Below, in pieces: positions 11,115 through 19,425 of a DNA stretch of 24,000 bases. Each line of letters opens with the position of its first letter. Position 1 is the stretch's first letter. The position numbers and the translations under genes are program-made. This DNA comes from Mariniflexile sp. HNIBRBA6329. Lineage in GTDB: Bacteria; Bacteroidota; Bacteroidia; Flavobacteriales; Flavobacteriaceae. The notes below the pieces were generated by a model. The model did no database searches. It had not been told where the DNA came from and saw only the letters and a program-made list of their open reading frames with translations. Location: the NCBI RefSeq assembly GCF_043558645.1, contig NZ_JBIFXS010000001.1, forward strand, positions 450,763 through 474,762. Reading direction: 5' to 3'.

Positions 11115-12732
11115 AAAAAGAATTATAATTCCCGTTTTAGCGGGTGTTTTGTTTTTATCTACCACGGCTTTTAGAAACGATTTTTTTGAAATAGCGAAAC
11201 AAATAGAAATATTCACCACGCTTTTTAAAGAACTCAACATGAATTATGTAGATGATACCAATCCGGGCGACCTAATGGATACCGCCATAAAAAGCATGTT
11301 GGAAAACCTAGATCCCTACACCAATTTTATGAACGAACAGGATGTAGAGGCTGCCAGAATTAACAATACGGGCGATTATACGGGTATTGGTGCCAAAGTA
11401 AAGACCCTAAAAGATAAATTGGTAATTGTAGAGCCTTATAAAAACTATCCAGCAGATAAGGCTGGTTTAAAAGCGGGCGACGAAATTATAAAAGTTGGGA
11501 ACACCCTAATTGAAACCTACAAAGAAGATGCAGGCGAATTGCTAAAAGGCGCAACGGACACACCAGTAGAAGTAACCTATAAGCGCCAAGGAAAAACCCA
11601 AACCGCTACCATAAAACGTGCTGAAGTAGAGATAAAAGCAGTTCCGCACTTCTCTATGGTAAATAACAAAACCGGATATATTGTTTTAAGCCGCTTTAAT
11701 GATAAAGCCTCGGCCGAAACCAATTACGCTTTACGTGATTTAAAAGCCCAAGGAGCCGAACGTATTATTTTAGATTTACGTGGCAACCCTGGTGGTTTAC
11801 TTAACGAAGCCATAAATATTGTAAATCTGTTTATTCCAAAAGGGCAGTTGGTGGTTACCACAAAATCTAAGGTAAAAAAATACAATAAAACCTATTACAC
11901 CCAAAACGATGCCATTGATACCCAAATACCTTTGGTTATTTTAATTGATGGTAGTAGTGCATCAGCAAGCGAAATTGTTTCAGGTGCGTTACAAGATTTA
12001 GACCGCGCCGTTATTGTTGGCTCTAGAAGTTTTGGTAAAGGTTTGGTACAGCGCCCTAAAGAACTGGTTTATGGTACTCAGGTAAAAATTACCATTTCGC
12101 GTTATTACACGCCTTCTGGTAGATGTATACAGGCGTTGGATTATTGGCACAGAAATGAAAAAGGGGAGGCTGTAAGGGTAAAACAGGAAAATTATAACGA
12201 GTTTAAAACCAAAAACGGAAGAAAAGTATTTGATGGTGGTGGCGTATTTCCTGATGTGAGTTTTAATGGTACAAAAAATTCTTCCATCATAGACGCCATT
12301 GTTAATAACGATTTAATTTTCAATTACGCTACCAATTACTATTATAGTCACGATGTGAAAGACATTAACACTTTACAGCTTAACGATACCGATTTTTCAA
12401 ATTTTAAAAACTTTTTAAAGACCAATAATTTTTCTTTTGAAACGGAAACCGAAAAAGCCTTGAATAAAGCTTTTGAAGCCGCTAAAAATGATGATTTGGA
12501 TGATAACATCAAAACAGATTTCAATACGCTTATTAGCAACTTAAACAAGTCTAAAACCACTGTTATAGACGAAAATAAAACGTATTTATTAGAGTTGCTA
12601 ACTGAAGATATTGTAAAACGCTACGTATACCGAGAAGGTTTGTACGATTATTACAAAATACACGATAGTGAAATAAAAAAGGCAACCGAAATACTTGGAA
12701 ATCAATCGACATATTTAAGCTACTTAAAATAA
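11098..12732 (+). CDS. S41 family C-terminal processing peptidase (PDZ + tail-specific protease)
   Basis: YTGIGAKV...PADKAGLKAGDEIIKV (PDZ), LDLRGNPGGLL, DGSSASASEIVSGALQDLDRAVIVGSRSFGKGLVQ (Ser/Lys catalytic region), YYTPSGRCIQ. ATG at 11098; the track uses GTG at 11095. Overlaps the rnpA 3' end. Confidence 0.95.
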   Translation: MNKLLKKRIIIPVLAGVLFLSTTAFRNDFFEIAKQIEIFTTLFKELNMNYVDDTNPGDLMDTAIKSMLENLDPYTNFMNEQDVEAARINNTGDYTGIGAKVKTLKDKLVIVEPYKNYPADKAGLKAGDEIIKVGNTLIETYKEDAGELLKGATDTPVEVTYKRQGKTQTATIKRAEVEIKAVPHFSMVNNKTGYIVLSRFNDKASAETNYALRDLKAQGAERIILDLRGNPGGLLNEAINIVNLFIPKGQLVVTTKSKVKKYNKTYYTQNDAIDTQIPLVILIDGSSASASEIVSGALQDLDRAVIVGSRSFGKGLVQRPKELVYGTQVKITISRYYTPSGRCIQALDYWHRNEKGEAVRVKQENYNEFKTKNGRKVFDGGGVFPDVSFNGTKNSSIIDAIVNNDLIFNYATNYYYSHDVKDINTLQLNDTDFSNFKNFLKTNNFSFETETEKALNKAFEAAKNDDLDDNIKTDFNTLISNLNKSKTTVIDENKTYLLELLTEDIVKRYVYREGLYDYYKIHDSEIKKATEILGNQSTYLSYLK

Positions 12733-12843
12733 AAATTGTTGTTTTTCAACCTATTGGAATAACTGTTGAACCTAAAAAGTTCGCAGCATGAATCAAAATT
12801 CATTAAAAATAGTATATTTATATCCAGTTCAACTACCTACTTT

Positions 12844-13710
12844 ATGAATAAACGGTTGGTTTTTTTATTAATATGGCTTCATTGTACACTGGTTTTTTCT
12901 CAAAAAGAACTAACACACGAAGTTTATTTTGATACCGATAAATTCGATATTATTCCAACAGAAGAAAGCCGTTTACTCCTTTTCATTTCAAACTTATCGG
13001 ATATTGATATTGAATCCATTTCTATTTTTGGTTTTTGCGACGATATTGGTGCCGATTCCTATAATTTAAAACTTTCACAAAATCGTGCTAATGCCATTAA
13101 AACCGTTTTTTCAAATAATGAAATTAGCGAAGATTTAATAAGTAACGTAGATGGTAAAGGCAAAATTTTATTAAAAATAGTTGAAGAAAAAAATGTTATT
13201 AAAATAAGAGGTTTAAACCGAAAAGTTGAAATAATAGTAAAACCGAAACCTTCAAAAAAAATAGAAGCGAAAGAAGAAGTAACAAAAGAAAAAGTGGTTG
13301 AAGAACCAAAAAAGAAAACAACACCCGAGCTACTTAGCGGCGATCTTAAAGTTGGCGATAAAATAGTGTTTGAAAACATTTTATTTAAAACTGGTTATAG
13401 CCAAGTAATGCCCGAATCTAAAAAAATATTAGAGGAAATTGCAAAAGTTTTGGTAGAACGAAAGGATATTTATTTTACCATTCAGGGGCATGTATGTTGT
13501 ACCCAAAACACAAGAGATGCAATTGATAGAAAAACAAAACTTCGCAACCTTTCTGAAGCACGCGCAGAATATATTTACGATTACTTTGCTAAAAAAGGGG
13601 TTGATAAAAAACGCATGCGCCATTTAGGGATGCGTCGAAAATTTCCACTTGGAGGCGATCCAAAATTTGATAGACGTGTAGAAATATTAATTACACATGT
13701 AGGTAAATAA
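12844..13710 (+). CDS. Secreted/outer-membrane protein with two OmpA-like domains
   Basis: Signal peptide MNKRLVFLLIWLHCTLVFSQ at 12844. Domain 1: VYFDTDKFDI...SISIFGFCDDIGADSYNLKLSQNRANAIKTVF. Domain 2: ILFKTGYSQVMPESKKILEEIAKVL...FTIQGHV...LSEARAEYIYDYFAKKGVDKKRMRHLGM...DRRVEI. The track start at 12766 adds a non-signal extension. Confidence 0.75.
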   Translation: MNKRLVFLLIWLHCTLVFSQKELTHEVYFDTDKFDIIPTEESRLLLFISNLSDIDIESISIFGFCDDIGADSYNLKLSQNRANAIKTVFSNNEISEDLISNVDGKGKILLKIVEEKNVIKIRGLNRKVEIIVKPKPSKKIEAKEEVTKEKVVEEPKKKTTPELLSGDLKVGDKIVFENILFKTGYSQVMPESKKILEEIAKVLVERKDIYFTIQGHVCCTQNTRDAIDRKTKLRNLSEARAEYIYDYFAKKGVDKKRMRHLGMRRKFPLGGDPKFDRRVEILITHVGK

Positions 13711-13736
13711 TATTTTTTAATAATAGCTTAATAAAA

Positions 13737-14180
13737 TCACTTTTTAATCATTGCAATATGCGGAATATCATCTTCTAAATATTCATCACCAACTTCAATA
13801 AAACCACAGTTGTTATAAAAAGATTTTAAATGCGCTTGCGCGGAAATTTTTATTTTTTTCTCTTTAAAATGTGTTTCAATCGCCTCAATTGAAACCTTCA
13901 TTATATCATACCCATATTTAAAAGCACGTTCTTTTTTTGCCACTACAACCCTACCTATACTGGCAAATTCAAAATAATCACCTGGCTTAAAAACGCGTGT
14001 ATAAGCAATTATCTTTTCGTTTTTAAAACCTATAATATGAAGCGCTTTTTCATCTTTTCCATCAATATCTTGATATACACAATCTTGCTCAACTACAAAA
14101 ACCTCACTTCTTAGTTGCAAAACTCTGTAAAGTTCTTGAAGGCTTAGTTCTGAAAAGGTTTTTACTTGAGTTTTCAACAT
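13737..14180 (-). CDS. GNAT family N-acetyltransferase, ElaA-like
   Basis: LYRVLQLRSEVFVVEQDCVYQDIDGKDEKALHIIG … IGRVVVAKKERAFKYGYDIM … YNNCGFIEVGDEYLEDDIPHIAM. Confidence 0.88.
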   Translation of the reverse strand: MLKTQVKTFSELSLQELYRVLQLRSEVFVVEQDCVYQDIDGKDEKALHIIGFKNEKIIAYTRVFKPGDYFEFASIGRVVVAKKERAFKYGYDIMKVSIEAIETHFKEKKIKISAQAHLKSFYNNCGFIEVGDEYLEDDIPHIAMIKK

Positions 14181-14239
14181 TGTTTTAATGAATATATTAT
14201 TAAGAATATGTTTCTATCTACAATATAAACAAATTAACA

Positions 14240-14261
14240 GATTCCTGCTTTCGCAAGAATC
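14240..14261 (-). repeat. REP-like palindromic repeat copy (GATTCTTGCGAAAGCAGGAATC) abutting the CDF transporter stop codon
   Basis: Minus strand: 9-bp stem GATTCTTGC/GCAGGAATC (one G·U) with GAAA loop. Shares 20 of 21 nt with the copy inside rnr at 17428. Confidence 0.8.
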
Positions 14262-15179
14262 TTAATCTTGAACAATAATTTCTTTAGGATCGTTTTTATT
14301 GAATTCTGGTTGAATGGTTACATGGTTAATGTTGTACTTTTCATGTAAAACAGTTTCAATACTTCGCAATATCGTGTCAAATTCTGAAATAGAAACATCT
14401 TCTTTTAAATCTAAATGGGCTTCTAAATGCAATTCATAATCACTTAAATTCCAAATATGTACATGATGTAACTTTTTGACTTTTGGCAACGCATCAATAG
14501 TTTCAACCAAAGCTTGTATGTTTATGTTTTCTGGCGTGAATAACATAAGCATTTTAGTAGATGTTTTTAGTAAAAAATAACCCACCCAAATTAAATACAA
14601 CGCAATTAAAAAAGTAAGCACACTATCTACCCAAAACATTTGATAGTATTTCATCAACAAGCCACCAATAAGTACCGCAACACTTGCTAACATATCGGTT
14701 AATAAATGTACGTAGGCAGATTTTACATTAATGTTATGTTCAGAATCCTTTTTTAACAACAATACGCTCAAACCATTAAAAATAATAGCTAAAAGTGCTA
14801 ACCAAATAACTAAATTGGATTCTATTTCTTGTGGATTTTTAAAACGCTCTATAGCTTCTTTAATTAAAATTATTGCAACTATTATTAAAGTAGAAGCATT
14901 AACAAAAGCCGCTAAAATTTCAGCACGCTTATAGCCAAAGGTTTTATTTTCAGAAGCTTGCTTTTTGGAAATTTTAGAAGCTACATAACTTACTATTAAA
15001 GAAAGGACATCGCTAAAATTATGTAAGGCATCACTAAGTAATGATAAACTTCCAGAAATTAAACCACCTACTACTTGAGCTGCGGTAATAAATATGTTTA
15101 AAAGAATAGAAACCATAAGATTTTTATTCTTCTTATCATAATGATGTATATGATTATGGAAATGATGGTTATGCGCCAT
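14262..15179 (-). CDS. Cation diffusion facilitator (CDF/CzcD-like) transporter
   Basis: His-rich N-terminus MAHNHHFHNHIHHYD; SLSLLSDALHNFSDVLSLIVSY; HLLTDMLASVAVLIGG; HHVHIWNLSDYELHLEAH. Confidence 0.93.
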   Translation of the reverse strand: MAHNHHFHNHIHHYDKKNKNLMVSILLNIFITAAQVVGGLISGSLSLLSDALHNFSDVLSLIVSYVASKISKKQASENKTFGYKRAEILAAFVNASTLIIVAIILIKEAIERFKNPQEIESNLVIWLALLAIIFNGLSVLLLKKDSEHNINVKSAYVHLLTDMLASVAVLIGGLLMKYYQMFWVDSVLTFLIALYLIWVGYFLLKTSTKMLMLFTPENINIQALVETIDALPKVKKLHHVHIWNLSDYELHLEAHLDLKEDVSISEFDTILRSIETVLHEKYNINHVTIQPEFNKNDPKEIIVQD

Positions 15180-15614
15180 TTAGCAAGAAACCGGAATTTT
15201 ATCTATACGCGTTTGATGCCTTCCACCTTCAAAATCTGTACTTAAAAAAACTTCAACCATTTCAATGGCTTGTTGTACTGCAGTAAATCGGGCTGGAATA
15301 CATAAAATATTAGCATTATTATGGCTACGGATAAGGTTTACAATTTCTTTATTCCAAGCTAAACCTGCTCTAATTTTTTGGTGCTTATTTGCAGTCATAG
15401 CGACACCATTGGCACTACCACAAATTAAAATACCAAAGTCTACTTTTTTATTAGCAACTTCTTCAGCAACGGGGTGTACAAAATCAGCATAATCAACACT
15501 ATCCATACTATCAGTGCCATAGTTATTAACAGTATAACCTTTTGATTCTAAGTACTTTAAAATAGCAAATTTATAATCAGTGCCCGCGTGGTCGTTTCCT
15601 ATAGAAATTTTCAT
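15180..15614 (-). CDS. rpiB: Ribose 5-phosphate isomerase B
   Basis: MKISIGNDHAGTDYKFAILKYLESKGYTVNNYGTDS…SVDYADFVHPVA…GILICGSANGVAMTANKHQKIRAGLAWN…NNANILCIPARF. Confidence 0.95.
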   Translation of the reverse strand: MKISIGNDHAGTDYKFAILKYLESKGYTVNNYGTDSMDSVDYADFVHPVAEEVANKKVDFGILICGSANGVAMTANKHQKIRAGLAWNKEIVNLIRSHNNANILCIPARFTAVQQAIEMVEVFLSTDFEGGRHQTRIDKIPVSC

Positions 15615-15640
15615 TTTATATATATTAATGTATACTTATA

Positions 15641-15648
15641 CAAAGGTA
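15641..15648 (-). promoter_or_regulatory. Bacteroidetes-type -7 element (TACCTTTG on minus strand) for rpiB/CDF
   Basis: Exact TAnnTTTG on the minus strand about 27 nt upstream of the rpiB ATG. Confidence 0.5.
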
Positions 15649-15684
15649 GCAATTATAAACAATGTGTATTAGTATATTCATTAC

Positions 15685-16084
15685 TTGTTAATAAGTGTTA
15701 ATACTTTTTTAAAAGAAAAATATTGATATTCCATTTATTTTTCCAATCAAAAACTGAAAGATGATAACCAAAAATTTAACTCACTTTTTTTAGCTAAGTT
15801 TTAAGCTTTCAAAAGGACATATATAAACATCAATTTTAAAATATTTTTCAAAAATTAACAGTGTTTTTTAGTTGTTAACAACTGTTCATATAAAATTTAA
15901 ATGAGTTAAAAATGAACCTTTTAAATTAATATAACATGTTAATTAAGTTTTAATAGAATGTAAATTAATTGTAATCAAAATTAAATTTAAAAAAGTTATA
16001 CCGTTATTAACAAGCAATCATAATCATCATTTAATTTTTTAAATTTTAAAAAGAAAATAATAGTATTATATATAATGTGGATAA
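15685..16084. other. oriC: Candidate replication origin (oriC) region: DnaA-box-like cluster with AT-rich unwinding segment
   Basis: TGTTAATAA 15686-15694, TGTTAATAC 15696-15704, TGTTAACAA 15873-15881, TGTTCATAT 15883-15891, TGTTAATTA 15937-15945, TTATTAACA 16004-16012 (minus), TGTGGATAA 16076-16084. 16031-16075 is a 45-nt tract with no C and two G. Hand-counted G/C strand asymmetry changes sign across the region. Confidence 0.6.
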
Positions 16085-16239
16085 GTACATTTTAACATAT
16101 GATAACATTAAAAAAATACGATTTAATATATTAATTGTAGCTTTGTATAAAATAAATAGCAAACCTTCTCCTAAAATAACGCTATTTAATAACAGAATTT
16201 CCAGTATCTTAGGAAACGACTATGAATTACAAATATTAA

Positions 16240-18483
16240 ATGACAAGAAAGAAAAAAGGGAAATCCAAAAAAGGTATTTCCAACCTTACAAATACTATTT
16301 TAAGTATTTTAAAAAAAGATAGAAACCAAAGTTTTAACTACAAACAAATTGCTGCTAAATTAGATGTGAACGATGCCAGTAGCAGAAATCAAATTATAAA
16401 AAAATTAGCGGAACTTGCTGTAAAAAAGGAAATTGAAGAAGTAGAACGCGGCAAGTTTAAAGCAGTAATTACTACCGAATACCATATTGGAATTTTAGAT
16501 TTATCTGGAAAAGGAACCGGTTATATTATTAGTGAAGATTTTGATGATGATGTATTTATAGCATCAAACAATATAAATAAGGCCTTAAATGGTGATGAAG
16601 TAGAGTTTTACGTTTATAAACGTCGCCATCGTGGTAAGTTAGAAGGCGAAATTACCCAAGTTTTAAAACGTGAAAAAAGCGAATACGTTGGTACCATTCA
16701 AATTCATGAGAAAAAGAATTTTGCCTTTGTAGTAGCCGATAGCAATAAAATGTACAAAGATATTTTTGTACCTATCAATAAAATAAATAAGTCTGAAGAT
16801 GGTGATAAAGTATTGGTAAAACTTGAAGATTGGCCAGAAAAAGCCGATTCTCCTTATGGAAAAGTGATTCAAGTTCTTGGAAAACCAGGAGATCATAATA
16901 CCGAAATCCATTCTATTTTAGCTGAATATGGATTGCCTCACGAATTTCCTCATGAAGTTGAAGAATTTGCTAATAAAATAGATACTTCAATTACTAAAGA
17001 TGAAATTGCTAAACGTCGTGATATGCGTCAAGATTTAACCTTTACCATCGACCCAAAAGATGCAAAGGATTTTGACGATGCACTTTCTTTTAAAATATTA
17101 AAAAAAGGTTTGTATGAAATTGGTATTCATATTGCCGATGTATCGCATTATCTACAAGAAGGTACTGTGTTGGATGATGAAGCTTACGAGCGTGCTACAT
17201 CCATTTATTTGGTAGATAGGGTAGTACCTATGCTTCCAGAGGTATTATCGAATAACGCTTGTTCTTTACGTCCGCATGAAGAGAAATTAACCTTTTCCGC
17301 AGTGTTTCAAATGAATGATAAATGTGAGATTAAGAATGAATGGTATGGCAGAACGGTAACGTATAGTGATGCGCGTTTTGCTTATGAAGAAGCACAGGCC
17401 ATTATCGAAAATAATGTTGGTCTTGTCATTCCTGCGAAAGCAGGAATCCATAATTTAAACGAAATTAACATTGAAATTCCTCAAGAAGTTTCTCTAACCG
17501 GAAAATCATATAATACCCAACCGGAAATAGCCCAAGCCATTATAAAAATGGATGAGCTAGCAAAAAAAATGCGTGCAAAACGAATGATTTCTGGCGCTAT
17601 TTCGTTTGATAAAGTTGAAGTAAAGTTCGATTTAGACGAAAATGCAAACCCTGTAGGCGTGTTTTTTAAAACTAGTAAAGATGCCAATAAACTTATTGAA
17701 GAATTTATGTTATTGGCAAACCGAAAAGTATCGGAATTTGTTGGTAAAAAAGACCCTAAAAAGACCTTTGTTTACAGAATTCACGATGAACCAGACGATA
17801 GTAAACTTGCTAATTTACAAGGGATTGTTGCAAAATTTGGTTATAAATTAAATTTTAAAGACCGTAAAACAACATCGGCTTCGCTTAATTTTTTACTAAA
17901 GGAAGTAAATGGTAAAAAGGAACAAAATTTAGTAGATACTTTAGCAATTCGAAGTATGAGTAAAGCGGAATATTCTACCCATAACATAGGTCATTATGGA
18001 TTAGCGTTCGATTATTACAGTCATTTTACATCGCCTATTCGTCGTTATCCCGATGTGATGGCACATCGCTTGTTGCAGCATTATATAGATGGTGGAAAAT
18101 CAGCTAATGAAGATATTTACGAAGAAAAGTGCAACCATTCCAGTAACATGGAAAATTTGGCCACCAAAGCAGAACGTGATTCTATAAAATATATGCAGAT
18201 TAAATTCATGCAAGATCATAAAGATGAAGATTTTGTAGGTGTTATTTCAGGGGTTACCGATTGGGGCATTTATGTTGAAATTATTTCGAATAAGTGTGAA
18301 GGTATGGTTAGCGTTCGCGATATGAAAGACGATCATTACGCATTCGATCAAGAACAGTATGCTATGGTAGGTAGAAATAATAAAATTATGTACCAATTGG
18401 GAGATGAGGTTATTGTAAAAGTTAAAAACACCGATTTAGTTAAAAAGCATCTGGATTTCAACTTAATAGGAAAAAACGAATAA
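16240..18483 (+). CDS. rnr: Ribonuclease R
   Basis: HTH N-terminus, cold-shock domains, RNB motif FTIDPKDAKDFDDALSF, HIADVSHYL, YSHFTSPIRRYPDVMAHRLLQHY, C-terminal S1 domain (FVGVISGVTDWGIYVEI) and full length 747 aa. Confidence 0.97.
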   Translation: MTRKKKGKSKKGISNLTNTILSILKKDRNQSFNYKQIAAKLDVNDASSRNQIIKKLAELAVKKEIEEVERGKFKAVITTEYHIGILDLSGKGTGYIISEDFDDDVFIASNNINKALNGDEVEFYVYKRRHRGKLEGEITQVLKREKSEYVGTIQIHEKKNFAFVVADSNKMYKDIFVPINKINKSEDGDKVLVKLEDWPEKADSPYGKVIQVLGKPGDHNTEIHSILAEYGLPHEFPHEVEEFANKIDTSITKDEIAKRRDMRQDLTFTIDPKDAKDFDDALSFKILKKGLYEIGIHIADVSHYLQEGTVLDDEAYERATSIYLVDRVVPMLPEVLSNNACSLRPHEEKLTFSAVFQMNDKCEIKNEWYGRTVTYSDARFAYEEAQAIIENNVGLVIPAKAGIHNLNEINIEIPQEVSLTGKSYNTQPEIAQAIIKMDELAKKMRAKRMISGAISFDKVEVKFDLDENANPVGVFFKTSKDANKLIEEFMLLANRKVSEFVGKKDPKKTFVYRIHDEPDDSKLANLQGIVAKFGYKLNFKDRKTTSASLNFLLKEVNGKKEQNLVDTLAIRSMSKAEYSTHNIGHYGLAFDYYSHFTSPIRRYPDVMAHRLLQHYIDGGKSANEDIYEEKCNHSSNMENLATKAERDSIKYMQIKFMQDHKDEDFVGVISGVTDWGIYVEIISNKCEGMVSVRDMKDDHYAFDQEQYAMVGRNNKIMYQLGDEVIVKVKNTDLVKKHLDFNLIGKNE
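17428..17447 (+). repeat. Palindromic repeat ATTCCTGC-GAAA-GCAGGAAT inserted in-frame in rnr (encodes VIPAKAGIH)
   Basis: Perfect 8-bp inverted repeat with GAAA loop; reading frame verified (GTC ATT CCT GCG AAA GCA GGA ATC CAT). Confidence 0.9.
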
Positions 18484-18486
18484 TTT

Positions 18487-18517
18487 AACCTGCAAGGTTT
18501 CTAAAACCTTGTAGGTT
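18487..18517 (+). repeat. Palindromic element downstream of rnr (AACCTGCAAGGTTT-CTA-AAACCTTGTAGGTT); possible terminator
   Basis: 14-bp inverted repeat with one G·U pair and a 3-nt loop, starting 3 nt after the rnr stop; no strong T-run follows. Confidence 0.8.
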
Positions 18518-18605
18518 TAAATAGAAAAATGTTTACTAATTAAAAGTTAACAACGGAATAATTATTGATTATTTCCGTTCATATAAAAAATCATTTAAAA
18601 ATAAT

Positions 18606-19280
18606 ATGAAACGTTTAATCTTATTAATTACTATTTTAATATCTGGAGCATCTATTGCCCAAAAGTCAATTGAAAAAAATATTGGAGACTTTAAAGAACT
18701 CAAAGTTTATGATTTAATAGAAGTTGAATTGGTAAAATCCAACGAAAACAAAGCCATTATTACAGGAAACAACATACAAGATGTGGTAATAAACAATAAA
18801 AATGGTACCCTTAAAATAAAGATGAATATTGGAAAAATATTTGATGGCAACAATACCAAAGTTATGTTACATTATACGTCTTTAGATATTATTGATGTTA
18901 ATGAAGGTTCTATTGTATCCGGAAAAGATAGTATTAAGCAATTTGAAATAGATTTAAGAGCACAAGAAGGTGGTAGTATAGAAATTCCTTTAGAGGTTAG
19001 TTATGCTATTGTAAAAGCTGTGACAGGTGGAAAAATAAAAACATCTGGTCATTCAAAATCTCAAAAAGTATCACTTTTAACAGGAGGAATATATGATGGA
19101 GAAATGCTTGAAACCGATAAAACAGAAGTATCTATAAATGCAGCTGGTGAAGCGCGAGTAAAAGCATCAAAACAAGTAGATGCAAAAGTACGAGCAGGAG
19201 GTGATATTTATATTTATGGTAAACCAGAAATTATAAATGAAACTACGGTTTTGGGTGGTAGAGTGAAAAAAATGGAATAA
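18606..19280 (+). CDS. Head GIN domain-containing protein (DUF2807), secreted
   Basis: Signal peptide MKRLILLITILISGASIAQ; repetitive beta pattern with FKELKVYDLIEVELVKSNENKAIITG and KQVDAKVRAGGDIYIYGKPE. Confidence 0.85.
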   Translation: MKRLILLITILISGASIAQKSIEKNIGDFKELKVYDLIEVELVKSNENKAIITGNNIQDVVINNKNGTLKIKMNIGKIFDGNNTKVMLHYTSLDIIDVNEGSIVSGKDSIKQFEIDLRAQEGGSIEIPLEVSYAIVKAVTGGKIKTSGHSKSQKVSLLTGGIYDGEMLETDKTEVSINAAGEARVKASKQVDAKVRAGGDIYIYGKPEIINETTVLGGRVKKME

Positions 19281-19301
19281 TTATTATTATAGCATGTTTT
19301 T

Positions 19302-19330
19302 AAAAAGCAATACTTAGGTGTTGCTTTTTT
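19302..19330 (+). terminator. Intrinsic terminator after the DUF2807 gene
   Basis: AAAAAGCAATAC ttag GTGTTGCTTTTTTT: 12-bp stem (one G·U) plus T-run. Confidence 0.88.
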
Positions 19331-19425
19331 TGTTTTTGAAAGTATCTATACGATTACCTATACAAAAACAATTTTCTCTTTAAATTTTAGTACTTTAGTA
19401 TTACTATAAATATTTACTTGATTTA

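Noticed and set aside
12766-12843. 26-aa N-terminal extension of the OmpA-like ORF
   Set aside because: A clear signal peptide starts at the ATG at 12844, and the extension has no plausible function.
16077-16322. 81-aa + strand ORF upstream of and overlapping rnr
   Set aside because: Lies mostly in the AT-rich intergenic region, overlaps the real rnr start in another frame, is very Lys/Ile/Tyr-rich, and matches no recognisable family.
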